Shown here: positions 15,988 to 26,412 of the stretch, one piece after another
Layout of the letters: each line of letters starts with the position of its first letter
Position numbering within the stretch: the first letter of the stretch is position 1
NCBI RefSeq assembly: GCF_048403405.1
Contig: NZ_CP183129.1
Length of the DNA stretch: 64,000 nt
Direction: 5' to 3' (one strand)
Origin: Escherichia coli
GTDB taxonomy: Bacteria; Pseudomonadota; Gammaproteobacteria; Enterobacterales; Enterobacteriaceae
Notes under the pieces: generated by a model
Databases searched by the model: none
What the model was told of the DNA's origin: nothing
Seen by the model: the letters and a program-made list of their open reading frames with translations, nothing else
Program-made: the position numbers and the translations under genes

Positions 15988-17286
15988 ATGGCTGAAAGTA
16001 CTGTAACGGCAGACAGCAAACTGACAAGTAGTGATACTCGTCGCCGCATTTGGGCAATTGTGGGGGCCTCTTCAGGTAATCTGGTCGAGTGGTTCGATTT
16101 CTATGTCTACTCGTTCTGTTCACTCTACTTCGCTCACATCTTCTTCCCTTCCGGGAACACGACGACTCAACTACTGCAAACAGCAGGTGTTTTTGCTGCG
16201 GGATTTCTGATGCGCCCAATAGGCGGTTGGCTATTTGGCCGCATAGCCGATAAACATGGTCGCAAAAAATCGATGCTGTTATCGGTGTGTATGATGTGTT
16301 TCGGCTCACTGGTTATCGCCTGTTTGCCAGGCTACGAAACAATCGGTACCTGGGCTCCGGCATTATTGCTTCTTGCTCGTTTATTCCAGGGATTATCCGT
16401 TGGCGGAGAATATGGCACCAGCGCCACCTATATGAGTGAAGTTGCCGTTGAAGGGCGCAAAGGTTTTTACGCATCATTTCAGTATGTGACGTTGATCGGC
16501 GGGCAACTGCTAGCTCTACTGGTTGTCGTGGTTTTACAACACACCATGGAAGACGCTGCACTCAGAGAGTGGGGATGGCGTATTCCTTTCGCGTTAGGAG
16601 CTGTGTTAGCTGTTGTGGCGTTGTGGTTACGTCGTCAGTTAGATGAAACTTCACAACAAGAAACACGCGCTTTAAAAGAAGCTGGATCTCTGAAAGGATT
16701 ATGGCGCAATCGCCGTGCATTCATCATGGTTCTCGGTTTTACCGCTGCGGGCTCCCTTTGTTTCTATACCTTCACCACTTATATGCAGAAGTATCTGGTA
16801 AATACTGCGGGAATGCATGCCAACGTGGCGAGTGGCATTATGACTGCCGCATTGTTTGTATTCATGCTTATTCAACCACTCATTGGCGCGCTGTCGGATA
16901 AGATTGGTCGTCGTACCTCAATGTTATGTTTCGGTTCTCTGGCAGCCATTTTTACCGTTCCTATTCTCTCAGCATTGCAAAACGTTTCCTCGCCTTATGC
17001 CGCTTTTGGTCTGGTGATGTGTGCCCTGCTGATCGTGAGTTTTTATACTTCAATCAGTGGAATACTGAAGGCTGAGATGTTCCCGGCACAGGTTCGTGCA
17101 TTAGGTGTTGGTCTGTCATATGCGGTCGCCAATGCTATATTTGGTGGTTCGGCGGAGTACGTAGCGTTGTCGCTGAAATCAATAGGAATGGAAACAGCCT
17201 TCTTCTGGTATGTGACCTTGATGGCCGTGGTGGCGTTTCTGGTTTCTTTGATGCTACATCGCAAAGGGAAGGGGATGCGTCTTTAG
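15988..17286 (+). CDS. kgtP: Alpha-ketoglutarate:proton symporter (MFS), 432 aa
   Basis: ORF track 15886..17286; start moved to ATG 15988 ([12 protein letters not shown]); multi-pass membrane protein. Confidence 0.92.
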
Positions 17287-17606
17287 TGACGGGTCAGTTG
17301 CCAGACGGTATAGCCAGTAGTTGCACCGGCGACATCCCAGGTAAAATCTTTCCAGCTCCAGCCGCTCCCCTCGGGGCGGCTATCCCAAAGTTCTTTTGAC
17401 GCCCCCAGCCCAACAGAGAACATCAGCCCGAAAGTGGCACTGCGATCGCGACTCATCCCCTGATGCTGTGCATATTCATTTCCGGCGGCGGAAAGCATCG
17501 CCGAGGCGATAAAGTGTTGAGCTTTATCCTGCCCGCTCCAGCTATCGTTAGCCATATGGCTGCATCCAGAAAGTAATAATAGCGAACAGACAAAAAGAAT
17601 ACGCAA
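17283..17606 (-). CDS. yfiM: Small lipoprotein YfiM
   Basis: ORF 17283..17627 minus; lipobox LLSGCS; start placed at TTG (MRILFV) behind a GGAGG SD, start uncertain. Confidence 0.8.
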
Positions 17607-17651
17607 AACGTGGCCTCCAAAAAACAAACCCCGTACAGGACGGGGTTGTGA

Positions 17652-19007
17652 TTACAGGATGCGGCTAATTAATCGGTCGATGCGGATACGGCGCAAACGA
17701 CGGATGAGTTTACGAACCTTCACCGGATAATCGGCAATACTTTGCAGGTCGCGATAGTGCTTAACGATGGTGGTATGCTCGCGGATCAGCTCCAGTTCTT
17801 TCTCTCGTTGTGGCGCAAGCTCCAGTTGCGGATCGTGGATCAAAATAGCGTTTTCCAGATCCAGACGCCAGGCGCGCGGGTTCAGGTTATTACCAGTGAT
17901 CAACATCCACTTATCATCAACCCACATCCCTTTCAGGTGATAGGTGTTGTCGTCATCTTTCCATAACCGAACCACTAACTGGTCAGTGTTGACGTAATAC
18001 TGCAAACGGCTCAGGAAACGACGCAGATTGATCTCATAGAGATAAGGCAATGCGCCAATTATCTTGAAAGGTTCATCTTCCGGAATGTAGAAGTCATTCG
18101 CGGTTTTATCACCAACAATAATTTCGACCTTTTTCCCTTCGCGCAGCAACTGGATAATATTGCGCACAAGGATTGCTGGCAGGTTGAAGTAAGGTGTGCA
18201 GATGGTTAGTTTCTGCTCGGCACAAGGCATAAGATGGAAAATGGTCTTGTTCAACAGACTCGATTTCCCCAGACCTACCAACGGCGTTACGGAAAGCTGA
18301 TCGTTGTCGGCATCGCCCTGGAAATGATAAGCGGCATCACGCAGCTCCTGGCGGAACAGACGAATATCGTTCTTGATTTCCGGGCTTTTTGGCCGATTAA
18401 CATCATCCAGACGATTAACGCCGCGGCCATTCATAATATTCTGTGTAACCCATTCAAACATAATGTCTGACATCTTACGGTTACGGATAAGATGATAACG
18501 GTCGTAGCGATATTTATCGTGCTGATGCAGGTAAACATCGTTCAGGCTGGCACCGCTATAAAGTACGCTATCGTCGATGATAAAGCCTTTAAAGTGCAGA
18601 ACACCAAGGGCTTCACGGGTATTGATTGGAACGCCATAAACCGGAACATCTACGCCCGGATTTTCCTGCGCCATGCGGCAGTACCAGTCAGCGTTAGTGT
18701 TAGATGCCGCAGCGCCAATGCGTCCACGTTGTGCACGATGCCAGTCGACCAGCACCCGCACATCCAGTTCCGGACGCTGCCTTTTAGCCTCATACAACGC
18801 GTTCAGAATGCCTTTGCCACCGTCATCCTGTTCGAGATACAGGGCGACAATGCAAATGCGCTGCTTCGCGCTGGCTATTTTTTCCAGCAGCGTCTCCCGG
18901 AAGTCGGCGGGAGCGTAAAAGAAATCGACATCATCAACTGATTGAGAAATCTTGGGTAGTTGGGCAAGGTGTTGTTGATGTTTATTACGCTTAAATTTTG
19001 ACAACAT
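17652..19007 (-). CDS. pssA: Phosphatidylserine synthase (PLD-type), 451 aa
   Basis: ORF 17652..19010 minus; start at second codon ATG (MLSKFKRNKHQ); translation. Confidence 0.93.
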   Translation of the reverse strand: MLSKFKRNKHQQHLAQLPKISQSVDDVDFFYAPADFRETLLEKIASAKQRICIVALYLEQDDGGKGILNALYEAKRQRPELDVRVLVDWHRAQRGRIGAAASNTNADWYCRMAQENPGVDVPVYGVPINTREALGVLHFKGFIIDDSVLYSGASLNDVYLHQHDKYRYDRYHLIRNRKMSDIMFEWVTQNIMNGRGVNRLDDVNRPKSPEIKNDIRLFRQELRDAAYHFQGDADNDQLSVTPLVGLGKSSLLNKTIFHLMPCAEQKLTICTPYFNLPAILVRNIIQLLREGKKVEIIVGDKTANDFYIPEDEPFKIIGALPYLYEINLRRFLSRLQYYVNTDQLVVRLWKDDDNTYHLKGMWVDDKWMLITGNNLNPRAWRLDLENAILIHDPQLELAPQREKELELIREHTTIVKHYRDLQSIADYPVKVRKLIRRLRRIRIDRLISRIL

Positions 19008-19120
19008 CACAGTGCATTTCTTCTCTGTTCATTGAAGGGTCCTCTGTGCAATGCAGACGACATAAGCGGGCAATAATAACACCAGTCCCGATTAAGTGGT
19101 CAACATTTCCAGTACCTTAC

Positions 19121-21781
19121 TCATGATTCCTCGCGCTGGGCAAGATTTAGCGTAAGCCCAACGATCCCCTCTTCGAGCTGGATATCAACGTTAAACCCGA
19201 GCTTGCGGGCCAGCGCCACCATGCCACGATTGTTTGGCATCGTAATACCATTCAGACGTTGCAGTCCGTGATCTCGCGTATAGGTAATCAACTTTTCCAT
19301 TAAGCGTCGACCTAAGCCTAACCCTTTGAGATCCGAGCGAACCAGCACGGCAAATTCGGCATCGATGTTATCAGGGTCGGAGATCGCACGCGTGACGCCA
19401 AGGATCTCTTCCGTTTGTTCAATACGTCGTACTGCTACAAACGCCATTTCCCGATCGTAGTCGATCTGCGTCATGTTGGCTAAATCTTCATGGGTAAATT
19501 CGTTGATCTCGCTAAAGTAGCGGTAATAAAGATCTTCTTTGGTGACTCGCGAAATGAATTGCTGAAGTTGTGGCTCATCTTCTGGCAAAATCGGGCGGAA
19601 CAAGCAGCGTTCACCGTTTTTCAATTCTACCCATTCTTCCAGCTGATGCGGATAAGGGCGCACTGCCAGCCGACTCTCGTTATCGCCTTCAAACGGCGCG
19701 ATATCCAGCGTGACATCCAGCGCGGTAAATTCACTGCCAGAAGCCAGCAAAGGATGAATATCCAGACGCTGAATTTCCGGGCAATCGACAATCAAGTTAG
19801 AAACCTGCACCAGAAGCTGGCTCAAGCCTGCAACATCTAATGGGCGTAGCGCACTGCGCGCACGAATCTTTTTACTTTTGATCCCCTGAATAACCAGATA
19901 GCGGGCCAGGTTCATGTTCAGCGGCGGTAGTGCGACGACGGCTTGATCTTCAGGACGCCACTCCACACCGCCTTCGCCCAGCATGATCAACGGCCCGAAA
20001 ACCGGATCGTGCTCAACCACAACCCGCAACTCCTGAGCGCCAGCACGGTTAGCCATACTTTGCACCAACAGGCCGTGGATCCGCGCCTGCGGCCAGGCCA
20101 TTTTTACGCGATCGAAAATAGCGTTTGCCGCTTGCTGGACTTCATTAGCTGTACGCAGGTAGAGCATTACGCCCTGAACTTCCGATTTATGTGGAATATC
20201 CGGCGAACGCAATTTCAGCGCCACCGGATAACCAATCTGTTCGGCAATATGCACCGCTTCGGTGCTATCGCTGGCAATCCAGGTGGGGAGCGTGTTCATG
20301 CCATACGCTTGCAGGATGGGCTGAACTTCATGGGTATCGAGCGACGTAGCCCCTTCGGCAATCGCCTGTTGCAACAGAAGATGTGCTTCTGCGGTATTGG
20401 AGGTCAGATTGCTGGGCAACGCCGGCGTTTCGCGTAGTTGCTTCTGATTACGTCGGTACTCCACCATATGCATAAAAGCAGTGATGGTTCCTTCCGGCGT
20501 GCGATAGGTCGGCAGCCCGGCTTCACTGAATAATCGTCGTGCCTCTTGCGAGGAGTGCTCGCCGCACCAGTTCGTCAGCAGAGAAACATACTTGCTGCGG
20601 GGATGATGCTTTACCGCTTCAATTAATGCTTGCGCACTTTCTGTTGCGGGAGCAGCGGCGCTGGGCGAATGAATAACCATCAGCGCGTCAAAATCCTGGC
20701 TGTGGAGCAGAATATTCAGCGTTTTAATATAGTGCTCACTGCTGGCGTCATCGCGTAGATCGAGCGGGTTAGAGATTGCCACATGTTCTGGCAGTGCATC
20801 GCGCAGTTTCTGGCAGGTTTCTTCGCTTAGCGTTGCCAGCTTGCCATTGCGTGACCATAAGGCATCCAGCGCCAGCGCGGCAGGCGCAGCACCGTTGCTG
20901 ATAATCATCAACCGGTCGCCACGCAGCGGGCGCATATGGCTAAGGGTTTCCACCGCCGAAAACAGCTCGTGGGTGTCCTGTACCCGCAACAAACCGGCAC
21001 GCTGAATAGCCGCATCCCACGCCGGATCCATTCCTGCCGTGGTGTTCAACAGACGTTGAGCCGCCGGGCTACGTCCGCTTTTAATCACCAGAATCGGTTT
21101 ATTGCGCGAGGCACTACGGGCCGCCGAAACAAAGCGTCGCGCGTCGCTTAACTGTTCGAGATAGAGCAGGATGGCGCTGGTTTTACTGTCGCGCGCCAGA
21201 TAGTCGAGCAATTCATCAACGTCGATATCCAGGCTGTCGCCGAGCGCAATAAAGTAAGAAAAGCCCATCTCACGCTGTTGCGCCCAGTCGAGGATGGTGT
21301 TGGAGACAGCAGCCGATTGCGAAATAAACGCCAGCTTGCCGCGTTTAATCGGCACAGGCGAAAAGCTGGCATTCAGACCTTGCCAGGGAGCCAGTAAGCC
21401 CAGACTGTTTGGTCCTAGCAGGCGCATGTTATGGCGCAGGGCGCAGGCGCGGAGCTCTTCGTGTTGCGATGCCGGGGCGGAAAGAATAATGCAGGTTTTA
21501 CAGCCTTTCTCGCCGAGCTCTTCCAGAAGAGCAAGATTACGGCTGGCATTGGTACATAAAACCGCAAGGTCGGGTGTAAAGGGCAAGCTGGCAATATCCG
21601 GCCAGGCCAACACACCCAACACCGCTTTCCAGGCTGGCGTCACCGGGAGTACCGGTCCGTTAAAGCCTCCCGCCAGCAGGTTACGCATCATCAGGTAACC
21701 TGCGCGATTGGGTTTCATCGATGCGCCAATTACCGCAATCGATTTTGGTCGCAGTAGTGCTTCCAGTCCTCGCTGACTCAT
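19121..21781 (-). CDS. patZ: Protein lysine acetyltransferase (NDP-forming acyl-CoA synthetase-like domains plus C-terminal GNAT), 886 aa
   Basis: ORF 19121..21781 minus; translation and length match YfiQ/Pka/PatZ. Confidence 0.92.
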   Translation of the reverse strand: MSQRGLEALLRPKSIAVIGASMKPNRAGYLMMRNLLAGGFNGPVLPVTPAWKAVLGVLAWPDIASLPFTPDLAVLCTNASRNLALLEELGEKGCKTCIILSAPASQHEELRACALRHNMRLLGPNSLGLLAPWQGLNASFSPVPIKRGKLAFISQSAAVSNTILDWAQQREMGFSYFIALGDSLDIDVDELLDYLARDSKTSAILLYLEQLSDARRFVSAARSASRNKPILVIKSGRSPAAQRLLNTTAGMDPAWDAAIQRAGLLRVQDTHELFSAVETLSHMRPLRGDRLMIISNGAAPAALALDALWSRNGKLATLSEETCQKLRDALPEHVAISNPLDLRDDASSEHYIKTLNILLHSQDFDALMVIHSPSAAAPATESAQALIEAVKHHPRSKYVSLLTNWCGEHSSQEARRLFSEAGLPTYRTPEGTITAFMHMVEYRRNQKQLRETPALPSNLTSNTAEAHLLLQQAIAEGATSLDTHEVQPILQAYGMNTLPTWIASDSTEAVHIAEQIGYPVALKLRSPDIPHKSEVQGVMLYLRTANEVQQAANAIFDRVKMAWPQARIHGLLVQSMANRAGAQELRVVVEHDPVFGPLIMLGEGGVEWRPEDQAVVALPPLNMNLARYLVIQGIKSKKIRARSALRPLDVAGLSQLLVQVSNLIVDCPEIQRLDIHPLLASGSEFTALDVTLDIAPFEGDNESRLAVRPYPHQLEEWVELKNGERCLFRPILPEDEPQLQQFISRVTKEDLYYRYFSEINEFTHEDLANMTQIDYDREMAFVAVRRIEQTEEILGVTRAISDPDNIDAEFAVLVRSDLKGLGLGRRLMEKLITYTRDHGLQRLNGITMPNNRGMVALARKLGFNVDIQLEEGIVGLTLNLAQREES

Positions 21782-21812
21782 ACCGGTCTCCCGCAGAAGT
21801 GACCGAATGATT

Positions 21813-22511
21813 TTAAACGCTTTCTAACTGTTCTGCTGTGATGCTACCCAGATGTTGCGTTTTTCCTGCCAGATAGCGTGTTTTAAAGCGGGTAAAATGC
21901 TCGCCTAACCCTGCCGCCGCCCCGGTATCGCCGGCCATATCTAACAGTGCGATGGCTACCTCGGCAGTACAATATTGGCCTTCAGCCTGGGCTTCACGCA
22001 GGCGATAGGCAGAAAGCCGGGAAAGATCGACGGAAATGACGGGAAGATTATCCAGATACGGACTTTTACGAAACATCTTGCGAGCTTCAGGCCAGGTACC
22101 ATCGAGCATGATAAATAGCGGAGGCTTACCGGCAGGTGGTGTGAAGATCACTTCCCGTTGCTCATCAGCATATGAGGCGGGAAAGACCACCATTGGCTGA
22201 TAGTCCGGGTTTTGTACCAGATCCAGCAAATCTAGCGAGGGTTCGGTACGCGACCATTGAAACGCAACGGTATCAGGCAAAATATCAGCAATCAGACGCC
22301 CGGTATTACTGGGCTTCATTGGCTCGGTGTCGAACATCAGCAAACAGAAGCGACTTTTTGCTTGTGCTGGGGTAATTGTCAAACAGAGACATAATTTCTC
22401 TGGCAAAAGACAGCGTTGGCAGCGACGAACGCGATTACCGCGGGCAAGAAAAGGACGTGTTGCGCGCGCAATACGCTCGGCGCGTAACTGGAGAACAGCG
22501 TTTTCGGTCAT
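21813..22511 (-). CDS. yfiP: DTW-domain protein YfiP (tRNA-uridine aminocarboxypropyltransferase), 232 aa
   Basis: ORF track 21813..22562 minus; start moved to the internal Met (MTENAVLQLRAER); Cys-rich N-terminus and DGTW motif. Confidence 0.88.
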   Translation of the reverse strand: MTENAVLQLRAERIARATRPFLARGNRVRRCQRCLLPEKLCLCLTITPAQAKSRFCLLMFDTEPMKPSNTGRLIADILPDTVAFQWSRTEPSLDLLDLVQNPDYQPMVVFPASYADEQREVIFTPPAGKPPLFIMLDGTWPEARKMFRKSPYLDNLPVISVDLSRLSAYRLREAQAEGQYCTAEVAIALLDMAGDTGAAAGLGEHFTRFKTRYLAGKTQHLGSITAEQLESV

Positions 22512-22579
22512 AAGAGAGCGTCGAAAAAACGCCATTGTCGCAGAGGAGAAAACGGGGCACAAGATGCGCCCCGGTAAGA

Positions 22580-22999
22580 TTAAAGAGATTCGTTCAGCCA
22601 GCTATCAAACGGCGCTTTCGGTACTGCGCCATTAAGCATGTCGACAACCTGACCGTTTTTGAAAATCATGATCGTCGGTATACTACGAATTCCAAAGCGA
22701 CTGCTCAATTCACGTTCAGCTTCGGTATTCACTTTCACAAAGCGCACTTTACCGCTACGCTCTTGCGCGACATCTTCAAAAATTGGTGCGAAATTACGGC
22801 AGGGGCCGCACCACGGTGCCCAGAAGTCGATCACCACAGGTAGATCATCTTTCAGCAATTTGTCGAGCGTTTCACCGGTCGCATTAATCACCTCTCCGTC
22901 AAACAAGTCGTGACCGCAGCGTCCGCATTTTGCCGCATCTTCGATCCGATCGTCGGGAATGCGATTGATGGCCTGACAATGGGTACAAACGGTATTCAT
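22580..22999 (-). CDS. trxC: Thioredoxin 2 (N-terminal zinc-binding CxxC pairs plus WCGPC active site), 139 aa
   Basis: ORF 22580..22999 minus; CTHC, CGRC and WCGPC motifs. Confidence 0.93.
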
Positions 23000-23205
23000 A
23001 ACTAACCTCGGGATGAGTAAGGAGACTTATCGGCAACGACGCCGGTATGTTTCTAATATGTTACATATTATCGGGGACATTGTTCCAGACAACAATCTGT
23101 TTTATTCAATAGGTATGATAGTCGCAGGCTTTGGTACGAAATCATGGCGAACCGCGCGGACTTCGGGTAATCTGCGCGCTTCGCGCAGCGCTGGTGGAGA
23201 AAAGC

Positions 23206-24243
23206 ATGAACGATGAAATGAAAGGTAAAAGCGGCAAGGTCAAAGTGATGTATGTCCGCAGTGATGATGATTCTGATAAACGTACCCACAACCCGCGTAC
23301 CGGGAAAGGGGGCGGGCGTCCAGGAAAATCTCGTGCTGACGGTGGCCGTCGCCCCGCCCGCGATGACAAACAGAGTCACCCCCGTGACCGCAAGTGGGAA
23401 GATTCGCCGTGGCGCACGGTTTCCCGCGCGCCGGGTGATGAGACGCCGGAAAAGGCCGATCACGGTGGCATCAGTGGTAAAAGTTTTATTGATCCGGAAG
23501 TTTTGCGTCGTCAGCGTGCGGAAGAAACCCGCGTCTACGGCGAAAACGCCTGTCAGGCACTGTTCCAGAGCCGTCCGGAAGCGATTGTTCGCGCCTGGTT
23601 TATCCAGAGTGTAACGCCGCGTTTTAAAGAAGCCTTGCGCTGGATGGCAGCAAACCGCAAAGCGTACCATGTGGTAGATGAAGCGGAACTGACAAAAGCG
23701 TCAGGCACGGAACATCACGGCGGCGTTTGCTTCCTGATCAAAAAGCGTAATGGTACAACCGTGCAGCAGTGGGTAAGCCAGGCAGGCGCGCAGGATTGTG
23801 TACTGGCGCTGGAAAACGAATCTAACCCGCATAACCTGGGTGGCATGATGCGCAGCTGTGCGCACTTCGGCGTGAAAGGCGTTGTGGTGCAGGATGCGGC
23901 ACTGCTGGAGTCGGGTGCGGCTATCCGTACCGCAGAAGGCGGCGCAGAGCACGTTCAGCCGATTACTGGCGACAACATTGTTAACGTGCTGGATGATTTC
24001 CGTCAGGCGGGTTACACCGTAGTGACCACTTCCAGCGAGCAGGGTAAACCGCTGTTCAAAACCAGTCTGCCAGCGAAAATGGTACTGGTGCTGGGTCAGG
24101 AATATGAAGGGTTACCGGATGCCGCACGCGATCCAAACGATCTGCGCGTGAAGATTGACGGTACTGGCAACGTTGCCGGGCTAAATATCTCTGTCGCAAC
24201 TGGCGTTTTGCTTGGTGAATGGTGGCGTCAGAATAAAGCCTGA
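23206..24243 (+). CDS. yfiF: SpoU/TrmH-family RNA methyltransferase with Lys/Arg/Gly-rich N-terminal extension, 345 aa
   Basis: ORF track 23131..24243; start moved to ATG 23206 ([11 protein letters not shown]); translation. Confidence 0.88.
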   Translation: MNDEMKGKSGKVKVMYVRSDDDSDKRTHNPRTGKGGGRPGKSRADGGRRPARDDKQSHPRDRKWEDSPWRTVSRAPGDETPEKADHGGISGKSFIDPEVLRRQRAEETRVYGENACQALFQSRPEAIVRAWFIQSVTPRFKEALRWMAANRKAYHVVDEAELTKASGTEHHGGVCFLIKKRNGTTVQQWVSQAGAQDCVLALENESNPHNLGGMMRSCAHFGVKGVVVQDAALLESGAAIRTAEGGAEHVQPITGDNIVNVLDDFRQAGYTVVTTSSEQGKPLFKTSLPAKMVLVLGQEYEGLPDAARDPNDLRVKIDGTGNVAGLNISVATGVLLGEWWRQNKA

Positions 24244-24290
24244 TAAATCAGCCGGGTGGCAACGCTGCCACCCGGCGTTTTCCTGCAAAT

Positions 24291-24980
24291 TTACTCACTC
24301 TCTGCCGGTAATACTGGCATCCAGTCAATCGGTTTCTCGCCACGTTGTTCCAGCCACTGATTTGCCAGCACAAAATGGTTGCAGCCAAAGAACCCACGAT
24401 GCGCAGAAAGCGGTGATGGATGCGGCGCTTTCAGTACGTGATGGCGTTGCTTATCAATAATCGCCCCTTTCTTTTGCGCATGTGAGCCCCACAACAAAAA
24501 CACCACGCCTTCGCGGTGCTGGTTAATCAGGCTGATGACTTTATCGGTGAAGGTCTCCCAGCCGAGGCTGGCGTGGGAATGCGCCTGACCTGCGCGAACC
24601 GTCAACACAGTATTGAGTAGCAGAACGCCCTGACGCGCCCAGCTTTCAAGATAACCATGATTAGGGCGGGTGAAACCGGGAATAGTATTTTCCAGCTCTT
24701 TATACATATTCAGCAGTGACGGCGGTGTCGCAATGCCGGGGCGAACGGAAAATGCCAGACCATGCGCCTGTCCCGGTCCGTGATAAGGATCCTGGCCGAG
24801 AATCACCACTTTAACGTCACCCAACTCTGTAAAGCGGAACGCGTTAAAGACATCCTTTTGTGGCGGATAGATAGTGACGCCGGACTGCCGCTCGCTGGCG
24901 ACGGTCTGTAGGGTATTAAGAAAATAGGGTTGTTGCTTCTCTTCAGCCAGCACGTCATGCCAGGTTAATTCGTTTGCCAT
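24291..24980 (-). CDS. ung: Uracil-DNA glycosylase, 229 aa
   Basis: ORF 24291..24980 minus; GQDPYH motif. Confidence 0.95.
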   Translation of the reverse strand: MANELTWHDVLAEEKQQPYFLNTLQTVASERQSGVTIYPPQKDVFNAFRFTELGDVKVVILGQDPYHGPGQAHGLAFSVRPGIATPPSLLNMYKELENTIPGFTRPNHGYLESWARQGVLLLNTVLTVRAGQAHSHASLGWETFTDKVISLINQHREGVVFLLWGSHAQKKGAIIDKQRHHVLKAPHPSPLSAHRGFFGCNHFVLANQWLEQRGEKPIDWMPVLPAESE

Positions 24981-25110
24981 CTCGCTCTCCCGCGAATCTT
25001 CAATCCGCCTAGCTTAACTGCTTCTTTCTACAGAACAAAATCATGCTCATTTTTTAGACTTAAACGAGTGCAAAAAAATGTAAATTGGTAAAATTTCACA
25101 CCTGTATAAG

Positions 25111-25124
25111 TTGATGTAAAACAA
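25111..25124 (+). promoter_or_regulatory. Upstream FNR-type site (TTGATgtaaAACAA) in grcA promoter region
   Basis: Near-consensus TTGAT-N4-ATCAA half-sites; centre 53 bp from the downstream site. Confidence 0.6.
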
Positions 25125-25163
25125 TAAAATCCATTTGCGACCATACTTGATGTATGGTTTTTA

Positions 25164-25177
25164 TTGATTTAAATCAA
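25164..25177 (+). promoter_or_regulatory. Consensus FNR/CRP-family site TTGATttaaATCAA upstream of grcA
   Basis: Perfect TTGAT-N4-ATCAA palindrome about 110 bp upstream of the grcA ATG. Confidence 0.7.
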
Positions 25178-25284
25178 AGATTCAAGGGTGTTTGAGGAGT
25201 ATATATACACTCAAGCAACAATGGTTTTACCAATTGGCCGCGACAGGCTGAACAAATCAAATAATTTTGCCGGGGAGGCATCAC

Positions 25285-25668
25285 ATGATTACAGGTATCC
25301 AGATTACTAAAGCCGCTAACGACGATCTGCTGAACTCTTTCTGGCTGCTGGACAGCGAAAAAGGCGAAGCGCGTTGCATCGTTGCGAAAGCAGGTTTTGC
25401 AGAAGACGAAGTGGTTGCAGTAAGCAAACTGGGTGACATTGAGTACCGTGAAGTTCCAGTAGAAGTGAAACCAGAAGTTCGCGTTGAAGGTGGTCAACAC
25501 CTGAACGTAAACGTTCTGCGTCGTGAAACTCTGGAAGATGCAGTTAAGCATCCGGAAAAATATCCGCAGCTGACCATCCGTGTATCCGGTTATGCAGTTC
25601 GCTTTAACTCTCTGACTCCGGAACAGCAGCGCGACGTTATCGCTCGTACCTTTACTGAAAGCCTGTAA
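25285..25668 (+). CDS. grcA: Autonomous glycyl radical cofactor (stress-induced alternate pyruvate formate-lyase subunit), 127 aa
   Basis: ORF track 25267..25668; start moved to ATG 25285 (MITGIQITK); C-terminal RVSGYAV glycyl-radical motif. Confidence 0.92.
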
Positions 25669-25688
25669 GGCTTAAGTAGCAAGTTACT

Positions 25689-25720
25689 AAGCGGAAGAGG
25701 GCGACCTCTTCCGCTTTTTT
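25689..25720. terminator. Bidirectional terminator between grcA and eamB (GCGGAAGAGG-GCGA-CCTCTTCCGC plus T-run)
   Basis: Inverted repeat with T-run read directly. Confidence 0.7.
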
Positions 25721-25722
25721 CA

Positions 25723-26310
25723 TTAATAGAAAATGCGTACCGCGCAATAGACCAGCAGCAGCGTGAGCACGATATTTAACTGGCGACCATACTGGCGAAA
25801 CAATCGCTGAAACAGGTGCCCCGCCAGCGCCCAGCACACATTGCCAAACGTCCCAATCATCGCCAGCAAAACGCTGACGCCAATTATCCAGCTTAGCGCC
25901 TGCGTTTGCGGCAGGACAAACGTCGACAGTGCTGTAATGCCATACAAAATGATTTTGACGTTCACAAACTGCAAAGCAAAGCTGGCCCAAAAACTGATTG
26001 GTTTTGTCTGAAGCCCATCTTCCTTTGTTGGACTGGTAGCGATTTTCCACGCCAGCCAGACAATATATGCCGCCCCCGCCCAACTCAACAGATGCACTGC
26101 TGCCGGGTCGATAACAGCCAGTGAAAACGAAATTCCCGCGCATAGCAACATGACGATTAAAAATCCCAGACTCATCCCTGCCAGCACGCGAGTACTCTGA
26201 CGAAATCCGTGCGTTGTAGCTGAGCTAAGGGCGAGAATATTGTTCGGTCCTGGCGTCATGGCGGTAATCAGGGTGTAAGTCCAAAAAGCACTTAAAAGGG
26301 TCGGTGTCAC
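25723..26310 (-). CDS. eamB: LysE/RhtB-family cysteine / O-acetylserine exporter, 195 aa
   Basis: ORF 25723..26310 minus; hydrophobic multi-pass protein matching YfiK. Confidence 0.88.
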   Translation of the reverse strand: MTPTLLSAFWTYTLITAMTPGPNNILALSSATTHGFRQSTRVLAGMSLGFLIVMLLCAGISFSLAVIDPAAVHLLSWAGAAYIVWLAWKIATSPTKEDGLQTKPISFWASFALQFVNVKIILYGITALSTFVLPQTQALSWIIGVSVLLAMIGTFGNVCWALAGHLFQRLFRQYGRQLNIVLTLLLVYCAVRIFY

Positions 26311-26412
26311 TTGTTATCTCCTCTGTTTTGGTAGACAGTACCCGACACGGAACATTTAAAAAAATGAATGTTTTTACATTCTAAATTCGATATTTTCGAT
26401 AGGTTTGGGGTT

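Noticed and set aside
23068-23670. 200-aa ORF antisense to the 5' part of yfiF
   Set aside because: Overlaps the low-complexity N-terminal coding region of yfiF on the opposite strand; likely an artefact of the repetitive GC-rich sequence
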